64,000 nt of DNA. Origin: an uncultured archaeon (GTDB lineage Archaea; Asgardarchaeota; Lokiarchaeia; Sigyniarchaeales; SOKP01). The stretch is from the NCBI GenBank assembly GCA_964508365.1, contig CAZDTP010000003.1, positions 27,559-91,558 of the forward strand. Direction: 5' to 3'. Of this stretch, positions 63,994 through 64,000 are shown piece after piece; position 1 is the stretch's first letter, and each line of letters opens with the position of its first letter. The position numbers were made by a program, and so were the translations under genes. A model generated the notes under the pieces. The model was not told the origin of the DNA. It searched no databases and was given only the letters and a program-made list of their open reading frames with translations.

Positions 63994-64000
63994 TTCAGAG

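Noticed and set aside
1-64000. A search by eye for rRNA, tRNA, CRISPR arrays, transposases, integrases and inverted-repeat-bounded elements.
   Set aside because: I found no GC-rich structured segment of tRNA or rRNA type in any intergenic region, no regularly spaced repeats and no transposase- or integrase-like ORF. This is a visual negative only. tRNAscan/Infernal (including C/D-box sRNA models) and a repeat finder should be run.

Overview
This is a strongly AT-rich, densely coding archaeal chromosome segment with about 70 credible protein genes on both strands. I recognised no rRNA, tRNA or CRISPR array by eye; a covariance-model scan is still needed. Archaeal hallmarks are TBP, archaeal-type AlaRS, DTD2-type D-aminoacyl-tRNA deacylase, an EndoQ-like PHP nuclease, FtsZ, FO-synthase CofG/CofH and MptG/MptD-type methanopterin genes. 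A eukaryote-type ubiquitin cascade and a Rab-like GTPase-fold protein are also present, so an Asgard (Lokiarchaeia-like) origin is a reasonable inference, but I cannot verify it here. The main system is at 32.9-39.4 kb. It is a co-directional operon, in transcription order Ubl -> E1-like -> E2/UBC -> JAMM/Rpn11-like -> six-TM RING-like zinc-finger protein. It is flanked by a double-wHTH regulator, a second Ubl paralog and a two-TM protein carrying a non-conjugatable C-terminal Ubl domain. Both free Ubls end in AG plus a short tail instead of GG, and both carry acidic N-terminal extensions. Together these suggest a membrane-associated ubiquitylation module. Other content: a pterin/methanopterin/F420 biosynthesis supercluster (20.7-32.8 kb), FeoAB, a thiol-redox block (TrxR, two tandem PDO-like proteins, a Rieske oxygenase) and several regulators. 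There are also several gene-integrity oddities: a PurM-family gene split by one in-frame TGA, a DHPS-related gene whose N-terminal 95 codons have no canonical start, a DEAD-box helicase C-terminal fragment, an IleRS C-terminal remnant and an AsnB-like gene lacking the nucleophile Cys. All functional calls rest on motifs I read in the supplied translations. No database search was run.
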